64,000 nucleotides of DNA from Rhizophagus irregularis (taxonomy: Eukaryota), in assembly GCF_026210795.1 (NCBI RefSeq), contig NC_089429.1:868001-932000 (forward strand). Reading direction: 5' to 3'. The stretch's first letter is position 1, and each line of letters starts with the position of its first letter. The notes under the pieces were generated by a model that was not told the origin of the DNA, did no database searches, and worked only from the letters and a program-made list of their open reading frames with translations. The translations under genes and the position numbers were made by a program. Shown here piece by piece: positions 62,600 through 64,000 of this stretch.

Positions 62600-64000
62600 A
62601 AAATTTGACGTTTTTGTGATTGAAAAATCAAAAAAAAATTAATTTTTTTTAATCAAAACGTCAGACTTGACGTTTTTGTGATTGAAAAATCAAAAATAAT
62701 TGATTTTTTTAATCAACTTGACGTTTCTGTGATTAAAAAATCAAAAAAAATGATTTTTTTAATCAAAAACGTCAGACTTGACGTTTTTGTGATTAAAAAA
62801 TAAAAAAAATGATTTTTTTAATCAAAAATGTCAGACTTGACGTTTTTGTGATTAAAAAATAAAAAAAAATGATTTTTTTAATCAAAAACGTCAGACTTGA
62901 CGTTTTTGTGATTAAAAAATCAAAAAAAAAATGATTTTTTTAATCAAAAACGTCAGACTTGACGTTTTTGTGATTAAAAAATCAAAAAAAATGATTTTTT
63001 TAATCAAAAACGTCAGACTTGACGCTTTTGTGATTAAAAAATCAAAAAAAATGATTTTTTTAATCAAAAACGTCAGACTTGACGTTTTTGTGATTAAAAA
63101 ATCAAAAAAAATGATTTTTTTAATCAAAAACGTCAGACTTGACGTTTTTGTGATTAAAAAATCATTTTTTTTGATTTTTATTAGCTAAGAACGTCAGACT
63201 TGACGTTTTTGTTATTAAAAATCAAGAAAATTTGATTTTTATTAGCTAAGAACGTCAGACTTGACGTTTTTGTTATTAAAAATCAAGGAAATTTGATTTT
63301 TATTAGCTAAGAATGTCAGACTTGACGTTTTTGTGATTAAAAAATCATTTTTTTTGATTTTTATTAGCTAAGAACGTCAGACTTGACGTTTTTGTTATTA
63401 AAAATCAAGAAAATTTGATTTTTATTAGCTAAGAACGTCAGACTTGACGTTTTTGTTATTAAAAAATCATTTTTTTTGATTTTTATTAGCTAAGAACGTC
63501 AGACTTGACGTTTTTGTTATTAAAAATCAAGAAAATTTGATTTTTATTAGCTAAGAACGTCAGACTTGACGTTTTTGTTATTAAAAATCAAGGAAAAATG
63601 ATTTTTATTAGCTAAAAACGTCAGACTTGACGTTTTTGTTATTAAAAATCAAGGAAAAATGATTTTTATTAGCTAAAAACGTCAGACTTGACGTTTTTGT
63701 TATTAAAAATCAAGGAAATTTGATTTTTATTAGCTAAGAATGTCAGACTTGACGTTTTTGTGATTAAAAAATCATTTTTTTTGATTTTTATTAGCTAAGA
63801 ACGTCAGACTTGACGTTTTTGTTATTAAAAATCAAGAAAATTTGATTTTTATTAGCTAAGAACGTCAGACTTGACGTTTTTGTTATTAAAAAATCATTTT
63901 TTTTGATTTTTATTAGCTAAGAACGTCAGACTTGACGTTTTTGTTATTAAAAATCAAGAAAATTTGATTTTTATTAGCTAAGAACGTCAGACTTGACGTT
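62600..64000. repeat. 58-60-bp palindromic satellite/minisatellite, running off the window end
   Basis: More than 20 units with invariant core AACGTCAGACTTGACGTT; two subtypes switching near 63165. Confidence 0.95.

Noticed and set aside
62600..64000. CRISPR-like array, or the ORFs at 62912-63188
   Set aside because: The segments between palindromic cores are themselves repeated rather than unique spacers, there are no cas genes, and the context is eukaryotic. The ORFs are translations of the satellite.

Overview
Very AT-rich, intron-containing eukaryotic DNA. The gene content (TKL-like kinases, a kinase-Sel1 fusion, F-box/LRR-like paralogues, short ~70-110 nt introns) is typical of an arbuscular mycorrhizal fungus such as Rhizophagus; this host assignment is inferred, not proven. 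Host genes: a small bZIP factor, a kinase with 16 Sel1-like repeats, three F-box/LRR-like genes, a ~13-exon hypothetical gene, a second kinase and several pseudogenes. Mobile DNA: an intact hAT transposon, a P-element-like transposon with a matching MITE, Helitron derivatives, other MITEs, repeat arrays built from exon/intron-like units and a palindromic satellite. The most notable system is a family of retroposed, protein-coding elements that lack a reverse transcriptase. Two full-length, divergent copies (2134-4737 and 42788-45443, minus strand) each have a long target-site duplication, an A-rich 3' tail, the same 5' terminus and one large basic ORF with no visible RT or nuclease motifs. Both carry conserved, covarying RNA structures in both UTRs, including a pseudoknot. 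A 22-bp 5'-truncated insertion of a related tail lies at 29059-29080. All alignments and folds were done by eye.
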